Below are positions 28,599-46,701 of a stretch of 64,000 nucleotides of DNA, one piece after another (within the stretch, counting starts at the first letter, position 1; each line of letters starts with the position of its first letter). The notes beneath the pieces are model-generated. The model was not told where the DNA came from and did no database searches. It saw nothing but the letters and a program-made list of their open reading frames with translations. Made by a program: the position numbers and the translations under genes. Source of the DNA: the human T2T-CHM13v2.0 reference genome, Homo sapiens; the NCBI RefSeq assembly GCF_009914755.1, contig NC_060925.1. The stretch is one strand, 5' to 3'.

Positions 28599-31500
28599 AT
28601 GTTGGCGTTGATTATTGAAAAAATATCAATACCATTTCTCCCCTCATTCAAAAGACTCCTCCTTTTCTTCTTTGCCAAGATTGTATCTGGGTACAAGTGT
28701 GTATTTCTGCATCTCCATGGTCAAGAAGGTGGTGGGGAAGAGAGTACAGGTGAAGGTGGAACCCCTGGTCTGAGTTCCCTTAGTTCTCAGTGAATTCCAG
28801 AGGGTTGGCGGGTTTAACATGGTCCCTGGGCACTCTGAGTGGATGTCTACTGAGAGATTCATAATACCCGTGGTCTTCTGGGTGTCATCCATCTATCCAT
28901 AGCCCCTGATGCTGAAGACTTCACCCTACTTTACCCTCTAGTTGTGAGGTTCCTGCTGTCTGTGGCTTCTAGCTCCTGTTCCCAGGACTGGAGCTTGCAG
29001 GAATGTTCTGTTTCTCTGCCCAAACTAGTGTGCAGCCTCTACGCTGTTGCCTCTAAGCACCTCCTTACTATGTCTGTACTGTGTTGGACATGATGCCATG
29101 CTGAACCTGAGAGTTGGGATTTTTTTCAGAGCTAGATCCTAAGAAATAAGAAACAGATGATTCTGCCCTGTTATCCCCACATCTCACTCATAAAACCTCC
29201 TGCTTCAGAGAGCTCAGCCCTCAGGTTGGGCTTTCTTCTCCCTCTGTCTCCACTGCCCTAAACCCCAGTACAAAAGGAGCTTTCTGTTACCCATTCCTGT
29301 CTGATAGATGCCCCTTTATTTCTTACCTTCCTTCTTTTGTGCTCTGTAGATTTCTATGTTCCAGGTGGTTTCCTCTGTTATCACACTTGGGCAATAAGCA
29401 CCATATGGTGTAGAGATGCTAGAGATTCAAGAAAAAGGAAACTACCCTGGAGATAGTCTATTCAGATGAGAGGCAGGTGGGTGGATGGATGGATGGTTAT
29501 TAGATGACTTGTCCCATATCATCAGGTCCTTATGTAAAGAGCCCAGGACTCCAAGCCAGATCTTCTGATCACTCTTTCCATTGTATCTTTTGGATTGAAA
29601 ATCCAGTTCTCCAACTTCCCAACTTTCCCAAATGCCATTCATCCTGGAAAGCTTTCTCAGAGGGTAATTATGTGCTTGAGGACTCTGAGCTGTTCAGATG
29701 TGAGGACATGCGTCCCAAGATGCGCACAGCAGTAATTTGCCTTGTGGGTTTCCCAGTGCCCGGTGCTCTGTAGAGCCAGCTAATTAAAGGCCTTATCACA
29801 ATTATGGAAAATCACAAGGCAGCAGTTTAATTAGATTTTCATGTGGAACTCTGTTTCATTCCCCTCATTTTTGCCTAAGATGTCTGAGAGTAGAATTGAG
29901 TCTAATGGCCATTAAAGTAGTGTTTGTTTTTATATTTAATTTCTTCTTCTCCAAAATCTTGATGCCTGAACCCTAAATGCCCAAGCAACGCTTAGATGTC
30001 TATTCAGCATTTCAAACTTAGTGTCCAAAATGAACTCCTGATTTCAACCCTATCTCTGTTCTTTCCCTATCTTCCCCATCTGGCAACACATTCTACTAAA
30101 TCTTGGAATTAACTCTCCTCTTTTTCTAATTCCTCACATTCATTCCGTCAGACTTCATCACTTGTCTCTTCGCAATATTTTCAGAACCTGAGCTTCTCAT
30201 CACCTCCAAAGCTACTACCTTTTTTCAAGCCACCATCATCTTTGCCTGCACTATTTCAAAAGCTTCTGACTGGTTCCTCTGCTGCCACTTTTGTCCACAG
30301 AATTAAATGGTCTGTGTGTGCCTGTGAGTGCACACATATAGCTTAGTCACTCTAACAGAGACCCAAATAAACAGTGGCTTAAACAAGACAGGAATTTGTT
30401 TCTCACTCATGTAGCAACCCGTGTGGAAGCAGTCCAGGACTTGTGTGTCAGGCACCCTGTTTTCATGGTTCCGCCCTCCTTAGGGTATTTCCCCTGCTCA
30501 TAGGATCCAGTATTACTCACCCCCATGTCTGCTTTCCATCCAGTAGGGAGGAAGCCCTGGAGAAGAGGAAGGCATGCCCACTTCCTTTAACTGCCTGGCC
30601 CACAAATTGTGCCCACCACTTCCACTTGTCTGCCAATGGTCAGAATTTTGGCTAACAGCCACATCTAGCTACCTGGGAGGCTGGAAAATGCAGGCTATTT
30701 CTGGGCATCTAGGAGTCCAGCTAAGAATCACAGCTCTGTTGCTACAGAAAATGTCTTGAATGGATATTGAGGTTTCTGTCCTACTCATTCCCCCTGGTCT
30801 GTTTTCCCTACAGTGGCCAAAGAGAATAGCATAGAGATCAGGACATGTCACTCAGTAAATGACAGGATGGCACTCAACAATTATTTTTCTAGTGCCCCAT
30901 TTAATAAATTCCAAGTCACAAGAATCAGGCCTCAATTCTAGTCTGCACTAGCTGGAAGAGACCCCAGAGAATATTTAGCGCATGGTTTTCAAAATGATTT
31001 TAGGCTATATATGTATATATATTTAGAGAAACTTTAATAAGGAAGCCTACTATGTTAAATGGGGAACAAGCTGGCTGCTATTTTTGAAATCAAGGGCAAG
31101 ATGGATTCATTTGCTTTTTCTTTTCTGCTTTAACTCAAAGCTGGTTTAGATTCAAAGTCCCACTTCCAGAGGTGTTCGGACCACAGATTGAAACAATGAA
31201 CTCCAGCAGAACATCTTCATTTTCCCTATGGGGAAACTGATGCCCAGGGAACAACAGGAGTTGTAGCTTACCGAGCTCAGTGCCTCACATGCTTGAGCTA
31301 ACTTTCCCAAAGCGGGGATCCCGGCCATGGAAGAAAGCCTGCCTCATGACTGGCCACTCTCCCAGAAGCACCAGGCTATGTGCCCACCAGAGGGAATCCC
31401 AGCAGATTGATTCCTGCAATAACTTCATGCTCTCTGAAAAAAAAAAGTACCATACTCATGTTTCAGTACCTCCAAACTGGCAGTGGGGTTTCCTTTGTGG

Positions 31501-31919
31501 GGGAGGGGTAAGGAAGGAAACACTGGGAGGAGCCCTTCACTTCAGCTAAACCAGCTCTGAAAACTTGGCCAAGTCTCTCATTTACTTTGGTAACCATATC
31601 TGCTTGGAAGTGTTGCTGTAAAGATCAGAAAGAGATGAGGTCTACAGGCAACAATAGAGAGATGAAAGGGATTGTTTTTTCTGTGTGGGCCGTACAATAT
31701 CCCACACTCTCATACCCTTGAGGGGCTTACCAGCTGAAGTGGAGACAGGAGAAGAAGGGAAGCCAAGAATCTCAGGTGCCTGGCACAGAATCAAAGGAGC
31801 AGTGGGAATTGTGCATGCTGCAGGAGGGACCAGGGCTAAAGTGGTGAGGACAGGGACACACTCCAGTGCTGGGTGGAAGAGAACCTGAGGGATAACATAG
31901 AGGTGGTGAAGGACAGGGC

Positions 31920-32052
31920 TCCCCACCTGGGGATCTTGTTAAAATGAAGATTCTGGCCAAGAGGACTGGGGAGAAGCCTGAGATTATTCATTTTTAACAA
32001 ATTTTCTGGGGACGCTGAAGCTGCTGCTCCTGGTAACACCTTTAGTAACAAC
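31920..32052. mobile_element. MER5A-type hAT relic
   Basis: CACCTGGGGATCTTGTTAAAATGAAGATTCTG..CATTTTTAACAA. Confidence 0.7.
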
Positions 32053-32740
32053 ATAGAAAAAGAGACCCCACTGGTGCAGGGATCAGGCCAGCCTGAATTC
32101 CAGCCTCTCTTCTACCACCCAACAGTTGTGGACCTCAGGCAGCCTCGGGCCTTTTACCTTATAAGTGGGCACACTATTAGCAACTTTACACCAGAACCGC
32201 CAGCTTTCAGAATCCACTTCTCTCCTGTGCGGACAGAGGTGCAGACACATCTAGTGTAAAATGGGCCATCTGCAGTGACTCTCTCACTCTGTTTCTAGTC
32301 CTCCGCCAGCCCTCAATCCTACACACTTCCTCCCACCGCCTGTTTGTTTTGTTTTGTTTGATTTCATTATCTTCACTTCTCTGAAAAACAGAGGTAATAC
32401 TGGCCTTTCAGGTTTGCTGGGAGGATTAGGTGAGCTCTTGTGTTCTCAGAAGCAATTAGACCCGCCCCCAACCGCTCCCATTGCCCTGCCCCTCCCCAGC
32501 CTAAGGTTTGTCCTTCACTTTCTATCACACGACCCCAGTGTCATCCCTAAGGCAGGGAACCTCTGCATCCTTTCCAGTCTTAGACATGGGCAAGACACCT
32601 GGGAGCAGCCTCGCTAGACCAAAACTAACACCCAGAGAGGAACCCACCCTCCAGGGGAACAAGAGGATCTCTTGCTTCCTGCCTGAGACTCTGAGACCTG
32701 AGAGGTCAACCCACCAAATCCTTTAACCTCTTCAAGTGGT

Positions 32741-33008
32741 GTTTTTGTTTGTTTTTTGAGATGGAGTCTCACTCTGTCACCCAGGCCTGGAGTGCAGTGG
32801 CATGATCTCGGCTCACTGCAACCTCCGCCTCCTGAGTAGCTGGGATTACAGGCATGTGCCACAATGCCTGGCTAATTTTTGTAGTTTTAGTAGGAAAGGG
32901 GTCTCACCATGTTGGCCAGGCTGGTCTCAAACTCCTGACCTCAGGCGACCTGCCTGCCTCAGCCTCCCAAAGTGTTGAGATTACAGGCATGAGCCACCAC
33001 GCCCAGCC
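32741..33008 (-). mobile_element. AluS SINE with an internal ~30-bp deletion between GCCTCC microhomologies
   Basis: CTGCAACCTCCGCCTCCTGAGTAGC junction; TSD TC(T/C)TCAAGTG. Confidence 0.88.
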
Positions 33009-34870
33009 TCCTCAAGTGATTTTTAGTGAAGAAGCACATTCGCTCATTTTCCTGTCAGTCAATCTCTGTGAGGGAACTGTTATTTCCCCTTGGTAGGTGA
33101 GTAAACAGAGGACTCACTCTTCTGAATCCCACAGCTGACAAGTGACAAGATTCAAGCCCAGGCTTTGGAGATTTTATCTCTGTTCTAGAAATGAGCTTTT
33201 TGTCTTAGAGGATCCAAAGATGTCCAGTGGTTGGGCGTAGTTTGTTCATTTGCTGATGCTTTAGCCGAGGCAGGGATGATAAGAGAATCAGGAGGCAAGG
33301 GGGAGGTGTTTGAAAATCCAGGCTGTGGAGAGGATAGATCCTCCCTGAGCTGTGCGAGCTTGGCCTAAATTGCCCCATCTCCAAAATGAAATAATAATAA
33401 CCACGACCTACCTCATAGGGTTGTTGTGAGGATTAAATGTGGTAATGTTATCCCCATGCCTAGCACACAGTAAGCACCTAAATACATCTCAACCATAATT
33501 ATTTCCACCCCCACCGCCGACCACAATCCTTGGCTTAGGATTAACTATAATTATTAATGACACAACTGAACCAGGCTCTACCACTTCCTCAATTTGTAAT
33601 CTCAGAAAAGTTCCTTACCCATTGTGAACCTTGGCTTCCTCTTCTGTAGAATGGGAATGATACTCACCTCTCTCTGCTTTAGGAAAGATTAAGCAATCTG
33701 ATATGGAGTCTAGCACAGTGCTTGGCACAACACAGTCAATAATAGGGAACATTTCTTGCTGATGCCTGATGTTTCTGTTCTGTGAAGGAACCATCTTGCT
33801 CTTGGGGGTAAGCCTGCCCATGGGGAGTGTACACTGCTGATTCTCCCTCCCAGTGTCCCCTCACCTGGGTGGGTGTCTGCTTAATGCCATGGTTCCCTGG
33901 CAGACCCACTTGGCCTTCAAACTAAGCTACATCCTCTGACATAGCGTCTATCAGTAGTAAAAGTGCTATGTGGCTTGCGTCTTCATCGACTTATTTCTCA
34001 AATTATTCAGAAGTGTTATTCATGGGTACCCTCCTCGGAAGGACTTAATAAAGAAAATGTATTCAATTAGTCTTTTATTTAGCTTTTATTTAATCCACTA
34101 TGTACTAGGAACCAAGCTAGGGATTAAGGCATAAATAAGACAATCCTGCCCCTCAGGGGCCCACCATTTACGGTGGGGAAGACAGGTGTGTAAACAGATG
34201 GTAATGCAGTATGCAGGGTGTTCTGGGACAGACATGTCAGGATGTGAATGGAATACACAGGAGAGTACATAGCCCAGCATGGAGAATCTGGAGAGACTTC
34301 CTGGAGGGAGGTGACGTCTAAATTGAATTTTAAAAATGATTATTCAAGTCTGTAAAATATATAACCCAGCATCACAGTTTAGTGTCATGTCCACCTGTTC
34401 CCTGCTTTGAGCCAAGTGCCTGATCCATAGTAGGCACTTAATAAATCATGAAATTACAAATAGGAGAGGGTATGGAGTAAAAGGAGCAAGAAGAGAGAGC
34501 TGGAGAGTAATTAGAGGGAGTGGGCGCTGCCATCGGGTCTGGGATTTGCTGCTCCCACCCCTGCTGCAAGTTCCCGAAAGACATGGAAGGTGGATTAAGA
34601 GATACATGGCAATGGGGAGCTGTGATCTTTCCAGGCCCAGGACAGAATAGAGGTTGAAAAGAGAGCTGCAGGCTTCAGAGGAATTCATGACATCAATGTG
34701 GCGAGAGGGCGGAAGACATGAGCGAGTCTCCAAAGGGAGCACAAATCGTTGAGGAGGCAGCTGAGGGTGAGCCCCTTGACAGCAGGGCGTGATGGGTCTC
34801 CTACTTATCCTTATTCAGCCTCTACAAGAGGAGAGCTTTGCACTTGATATGACATCAGAGTTGAGCATGA

Positions 34871-36803
<1,933 letters not shown>

Positions 36804-38346
36804 CTGGGATTACAGGCGTAAGCCACTGTGCCCGGCAGGAAAAATATTCTTTTAAATAAACAAAATTAAGGTTTTAAAAATAATTAGATTATACTATTAA
36901 CTAAAAGTTGTTGAAAATTAAGTAATCTAGCCAAGATGCCGTTAAGGGAGCCACTACCCAGTGGGAGAAGAACATCATAACAGCATAGTTTGGAAGCAAC
37001 TCCTAGGAAAAAAAAAAAAAAATTCATGTTTATGCCCGACTAACTGGACTCCCCCTAAAACAGTTACACATGGAGTTTCTATGAGATGAGAAATAAAGAA
37101 GCAAAGAAAAAAGATTGGTAAATAGAAATATAAAATAAGATGTTAGAAAGAAGTCCAAATACCTCAGTATTCACAAGAAATGTAATAGATTTAAATACTC
37201 TGTTAAAAGGAGTAGCACTTGGCACAGTATTATAAAATACTTTCTTTTCTTGGTTCTCGCTCCCTACCCTCTCCTGGTTTTCTCCTACCTCACTGGCCGC
37301 TACTCCTCAATCTCCTTCTGTGGATGTGTCTCCTCTTCCAGGAGGAGCTACAAGCATTAGAAGAGGATGCATTTCTTCTTCCAGGAGGAACTACAGTCAT
37401 TAGCAGAGGAAGACGCACATCCTCTCCTAAGGATTGTAGCTCCCCTATGTCTCAATCCTCTCATGTCTTCTCACCATACCTTCTCCAGCCTCATGGCTTT
37501 AAATAACATTTGATAACTCCAAATTCACATCTTCAGCCTGCAGCTTCTTCCTTGAGCTTCAGCTTACTTATCCAACATCCTACTTGATGCCTGTACTAGG
37601 TTATCTAATAAACCCATCAAAATTGGTGGAAGTAGAACTCTTAAAAATGTGCATCCTGTTCCCATTCTTCCTGAATCTTCCCCACCCAATAGACGGCACC
37701 ACCGTTTTGTTAATTGCTCAGTCCAAAACGCATGTAGTCATCCTTAATATCTTCTTTTTCTCATATAATCTTGTTACAGGCCTACATTTTAAACTCCTCT
37801 CCTGGGATTCTTTCCCTTGCTCAACCTGTTTTAGTCACATTTGTCTTTGTTTGTTATTCGTAGAACACACCAAGGTTGTCAGGACCTTGGCGTCTGCTTT
37901 TTTCTCTGTTAAAATGGTATTCTGCCTGGTCTTCCCCCTTATTTCATCAATTCCTACTAGAATAGTACCCCTCAAAGGCTTCTTGCCTGACCCCACTTAA
38001 AAAAATGGAGCTGTCCCTCAGGCCACTCTCTATTCCTTTACCCAACTTCATTTCTCTGAATAGCACTTTCTACTGCCTCAGATTATATTTCCTATGTGTT
38101 TGTTGGCCAGTTTTTTAGTCATCTCCCCCAACTACAATGTAAGTTTTGTAAAAGCAGGGGTGTTGTCTTGTTCACCTCCACATCCCCAGTCACTAGAAAT
38201 ATGCCTGGCGCAGAGGATGCTTTATTAAATGAATTTCAAATTGATGAATGAATGAATGCATGAATATATTAATGAATAAAAGGAGGTAGACCTCTTAGGA
38301 GCTGAAGAAATAGTCCAGGTGAGAAATAATGAAAGACTGAACTAGA

Positions 38347-38758
38347 TGTCATGGTTAATTTAATGTGTCAACTTGGCTAGGCCACAGTGCCCAGACATTT
38401 GGTTAAACATTACTCTAGATGTTTCTGTAACAGGACTGTTGGATGAGACTGACATTTACATTGGTAGACTTTGAGTAAGGAGATTCACCTCCATAATTTG
38501 GGTGAGCCTCATTTGATCAGTTGAAGGCCTGAGTAGAACCAAAGACTGACCTTCCCTGAGCAAGGGAGAATTCTCCAGCATGTAGCCTTTGGACTTGAAC
38601 TGATATATTAGCATTTCTCTGTGTCTCCAGCATACTGGCCCACTCTGTAGATTTTGGGCTTGCCAGCCACTATAATCATGAATCAATTCCTTAAATAAAT
38701 CTCTCTGTATATACACATCCTATTGGTTTTGTATGTCTAGAGAACCCCAACTAGTACA
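38347..38758 (+). mobile_element. MLT2 (MLT2D-like) ERVL solo LTR
   Basis: ATGGTTAATTTAATGTGTCAACTTGGCTAGGCCAC start, CATCCTATTGGTT..GAGAACCC..TACA end; 5-bp TSD CTAGA/CTAGG. Confidence 0.85.
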
Positions 38759-38817
38759 CTAGGCCAGGTAGATGGGATGGAGAAGTGAAATAAGATATGG
38801 GAAATTAAGAAGACCTG

Positions 38818-39105
38818 GGAGGAATCATCAAATTAAGGCATTTGGCTTGGGAGACTGGGAACCTGTGGAAGCCATGCACCAACACAGAAAAGGCAAAAAA
38901 CAGGTAACCCCAGCAATAATCTTGCAAGCAGCTGGGTTAATTCATTTGTTCGTTTGGAGGAATCATCAAATTAAGGTATCTTAATTATCTTAGTCTCTCC
39001 TAGGCTTGAGAGACCAAGAACTTGTGGGTGCCATACACCAAGACAAAAAACAAGTATCCCCAGCAATGGTCTTGCAAGCAATTGTGTTCATTCATTTACT
39101 TGTTT
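38818..39105. repeat. Diverged ~140-bp tandem duplication
   Basis: Both units start GGAGGAATCATCAAATTAAGG (38818, 38956) and share CCCCAGCAAT..TCTTGCAAGCA..TTCATTT. Confidence 0.85.
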
Positions 39106-40129
39106 ATATATTCATCGGGTCCAAGTACCTGCTCCACATGTAAGGTTCCTAAAAGCCAGGGAGATTACAGGATTTTCATAGATTGCACAACAAGTTTCTT
39201 TGGTTTGAGAGTTCTTTTTATTATTGTTATTATTACATCTCTGATAGGGAGTCCAGTTTTCTTGATTTTGCGATAGCCAATAATAATTGAGGGAGTTTTA
39301 TAATGATTCAGCATGGGAAAATCAGAGTTAAGAAACTGCCCAGAGGTTCCCTGCAATTCCTGGTTGTGGCCTTTCATTGTTACTGTTCACAGACTCAATC
39401 TTTGTCATCCTGCTGGAAGTGAGGCCACCCCTTCTCCCTCAGGGTTTGCTGCTGCTGCCTGAGCTGTTTCCTCCCTAGCAGCCAATGGGCTAGTGAGGCT
39501 GTGGGTATGGTATGATGCAGATCTAAGTAATGATGGCCCGGAACTTTAAAAAAGCAAAAAGCTCAGTGAATTATTATTATTAGTCCTTCTTCAGAAGTAC
39601 AGAGAAAGGGATCCTATCGCATTGGAGAAGTGTGGGCTGCACCAGTTAGATTGTCAGAAATGATGAGGCAAGCCCTATATGGAAGAGATCATTAATGAAT
39701 AAAAATTCTAACATTTCTTTACTATGAAGTTTATGAAATGTTTTAAGATGTATTGTGCATTGGAGCTTCACGGCTATACTTTGAAGCAGATATTTTTATT
39801 ACTCCAAATTTCCAAAAATAGAAACTATCAGAGATATTAAATGACTTTCTAAAATTCCATACTTAGTAATTTACAAAGTAGAATTCAAGCCCATGTCTTT
39901 TGGTTTCCAATCTTCGGAATTTTTCTAGAGGTTAGCTGGTTTTAGGCATCAGAGATGGGCTAACTAAATTGGAATAAATCACTTGCAGTTTGTTAAAAAT
40001 GCAGATTTCTGGGCTCCACCCCCAAAAGATTCTGATTCAATAGGTTTTGAAGCCCCCAGATCTATATATTTATAAAATGCACTATAAAAATCTCCTGAGC
40101 AGCCAGGATGTTAACTAAGCTCCTGCTAT

Positions 40130-41190
40130 GCTTAGCAAAATATGCTCAATATAAAAGCTCTAACAAAGGACAAAATAATAGTTTTTATTTTATCATTCAA
40201 AAAAATTGACATAGTTTCTATCCTTATAGAAATTTTAGTCTCTTAGGTGAGATAAACACATACAATGATCATACAAATAAATAGATATTTTGAAATAGAT
40301 AAACAGAGAAGGAGTAAGAGGGGATGACTTGAAATTTAAAATATCTGATTTAGATAAGGGCAACAGGGAAACTTAAGCAGAGACCTGAAAGAATGAGATG
40401 GGTTAGCTAGACCAAGGGGGAGGCTGGGGTTGTTCAAGGCAGAGAGAAGAGCATGCACCCATGGCCTGAGGTAGGAAGAACTTAGTGTGTTCCAGAAATT
40501 GAGGAAGGCCCATGTCACTGAAGGCTGATGAGCAAAGAGGATAAAACAAGGCAATTATGACGGGTGGTGGCCCGGTGATCTGGGGCCTATGGACCGTGGT
40601 AAGAGATTTAGATTTTAAGTACAACCGGAATCCTCTTTCATGAAAGAAAAAGAAAAGTCAACAAGATTTGCATTTTTTTAAAGATTTGGATGAAGAACCA
40701 GAAATGGATGAAGAGTAATAGGGGATTCAGGGAGGCTTCTTAGGTGGTTATAGCACAAATCGAGGTGAGAGATGATGGTTTAGACCAGTGTGGTTAAAGT
40801 GGAGGTAGAAGGAAGTGGATAAAATTAAGAAGTATTTTGATGGGAGAATGAATGTGGTTTGGGCAAGAAATGAGGAATTCTCAAAAATGGCCCTGAGTTT
40901 CTGTCGTAAGTAATTGCAGTACCTGAGTGAAATAAGAGACATTTGTTGATCTGAGTCAGTGTGGAGAAGGAACTTATTTAGGGACATAAAAAGATTAAGA
41001 GTTTAGTTGCTGACATACTAACTTTGAGATGTCCATTAGACATTCAAGTAGATGTGTCAGATCTTGGCTGGAGATAAAATTTTTGGAATTTTCAGCATAG
41101 CCACAGAAGTGGATGAGATTCCTTGAGGAGAGAGTGCATGTTGATAACAGGAGCACTATGAGAGAGCCCTGAGGAATGGGACTGATGCAT
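40130..41190 (-). mobile_element. L2 LINE fragments
   Basis: AAGCAGAGACCTGAAAGAATGAG.., TTTGAGATGTCCATTAGACATTCAAGTAGATGTG. Confidence 0.65.
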
Positions 41191-41644
41191 AAGGTCAATA
41201 AGTGGCTCCTCAGATTGGGGTGCATTATTTCTTGATCTATAGGAGGTCACTGTAAAGAGAAGAGCACTTGTCACCCTGCAGTTAGGTATCTGCTTATTTG
41301 TCTTAATTGCTCAATAGGTTGTAAGTCCTTCAAAGGTGAAGGATAAGAGTGTAACTCAATTATCCTGAAAACCACAGCACCTAACACACTGGGCATCTAA
41401 ATGAATCATGCACACTGTTAAAAGCTTTACATTTATCACATAATGTAGTGCTCCAAAATTATATTATTCTCATTTTACAGAAGAGGAAACCTAAATTCAG
41501 AGATGTTAAATTCTTTGACCAAGGTCACATATTTAGTAAATGGGAAGGTTACATTTAGAATCAAAATCTATCAGATTGACAAATATGGCTTTCAAATTCC
41601 AGTGGATGAGAAATTTTAGACAACATCCTATGATAGGTAAGTGT

Positions 41645-45761
<4,117 letters not shown>

Positions 45762-46645
45762 AGTATCTTTGGTGTCTTGTACCAAATTTTGCATTTGATA
45801 GTTTTATTTTATCAATCTTTATGATTTATGCATTATGTCCTATTTTAGTAATCTTTTCCTACTCTAATCTCATAAATATATTGTCTTCAAAAAGTTTTAT
45901 AGGTTATTTTCTTTACTCTATTTGTAATTTATTTTTACAAATGAGGTAAAGTAGAGAATTAATTTTGTTTATTTACTTGTATGTGTATGAATAATACACT
46001 GTCCTAGGACCATTTATTAATGTTTTCCCCCACTGATTTATAATACCACATCTGACCTTCATTCATTCAATAACTATGTATTAAAGAGCCAACTATATGC
46101 CAGGCTCGGTTCAAGTCACTGGAGAAAGTATTGACACTCAGAAGATTAGGAAGATCTAGGCACAGCTGCTGGCCCTGAAAAGATTTTCTTATGTGATAAG
46201 CATTTTGCAACATATCTTAGATTCATGTTGTAACAAGATAATATATAAATAAATAAGCAGTTTCATTCTTTAGGCCCAACTTAGGCCGTCACAATTCTAG
46301 GAAGTCTTCTATGAGCTCCTCAAGCTGAGTTAAGTCCTTTTTTTGGTGCTCTTTCATTATCTTATAAAGTTTTCACTATAACATTGACCACATTATATCA
46401 ATTCCTGTTTACATATTTTTTTCCCAGCAACAATAAAAATTTTGAGAACAGAGACTCTCCCTTATTTATTTCAGAATCTTGTACAGGGCCTTGGTTCCAA
46501 TCATATTTGATAAATAAATAAATTACTATGTAACACTTTGGTTATAACTGTTTGACTTCAGGAGTGTGAAGTACATTACCAAGAAGAAAGCAATGTTGCT
46601 ATTGGCCAATTGCAAACATATATGAAATCCAGAGGATAATTCAAA

Positions 46646-46651
<6 letters not shown>

Positions 46652-46684
<33 letters not shown>

Positions 46685-46700
46685 CACACACACACACACA
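46652..46700. repeat. (CA)n microsatellite with one CG interruption
   Basis: Direct inspection; abuts THE1A. Confidence 0.95.
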
Positions 46701-46701
46701 A

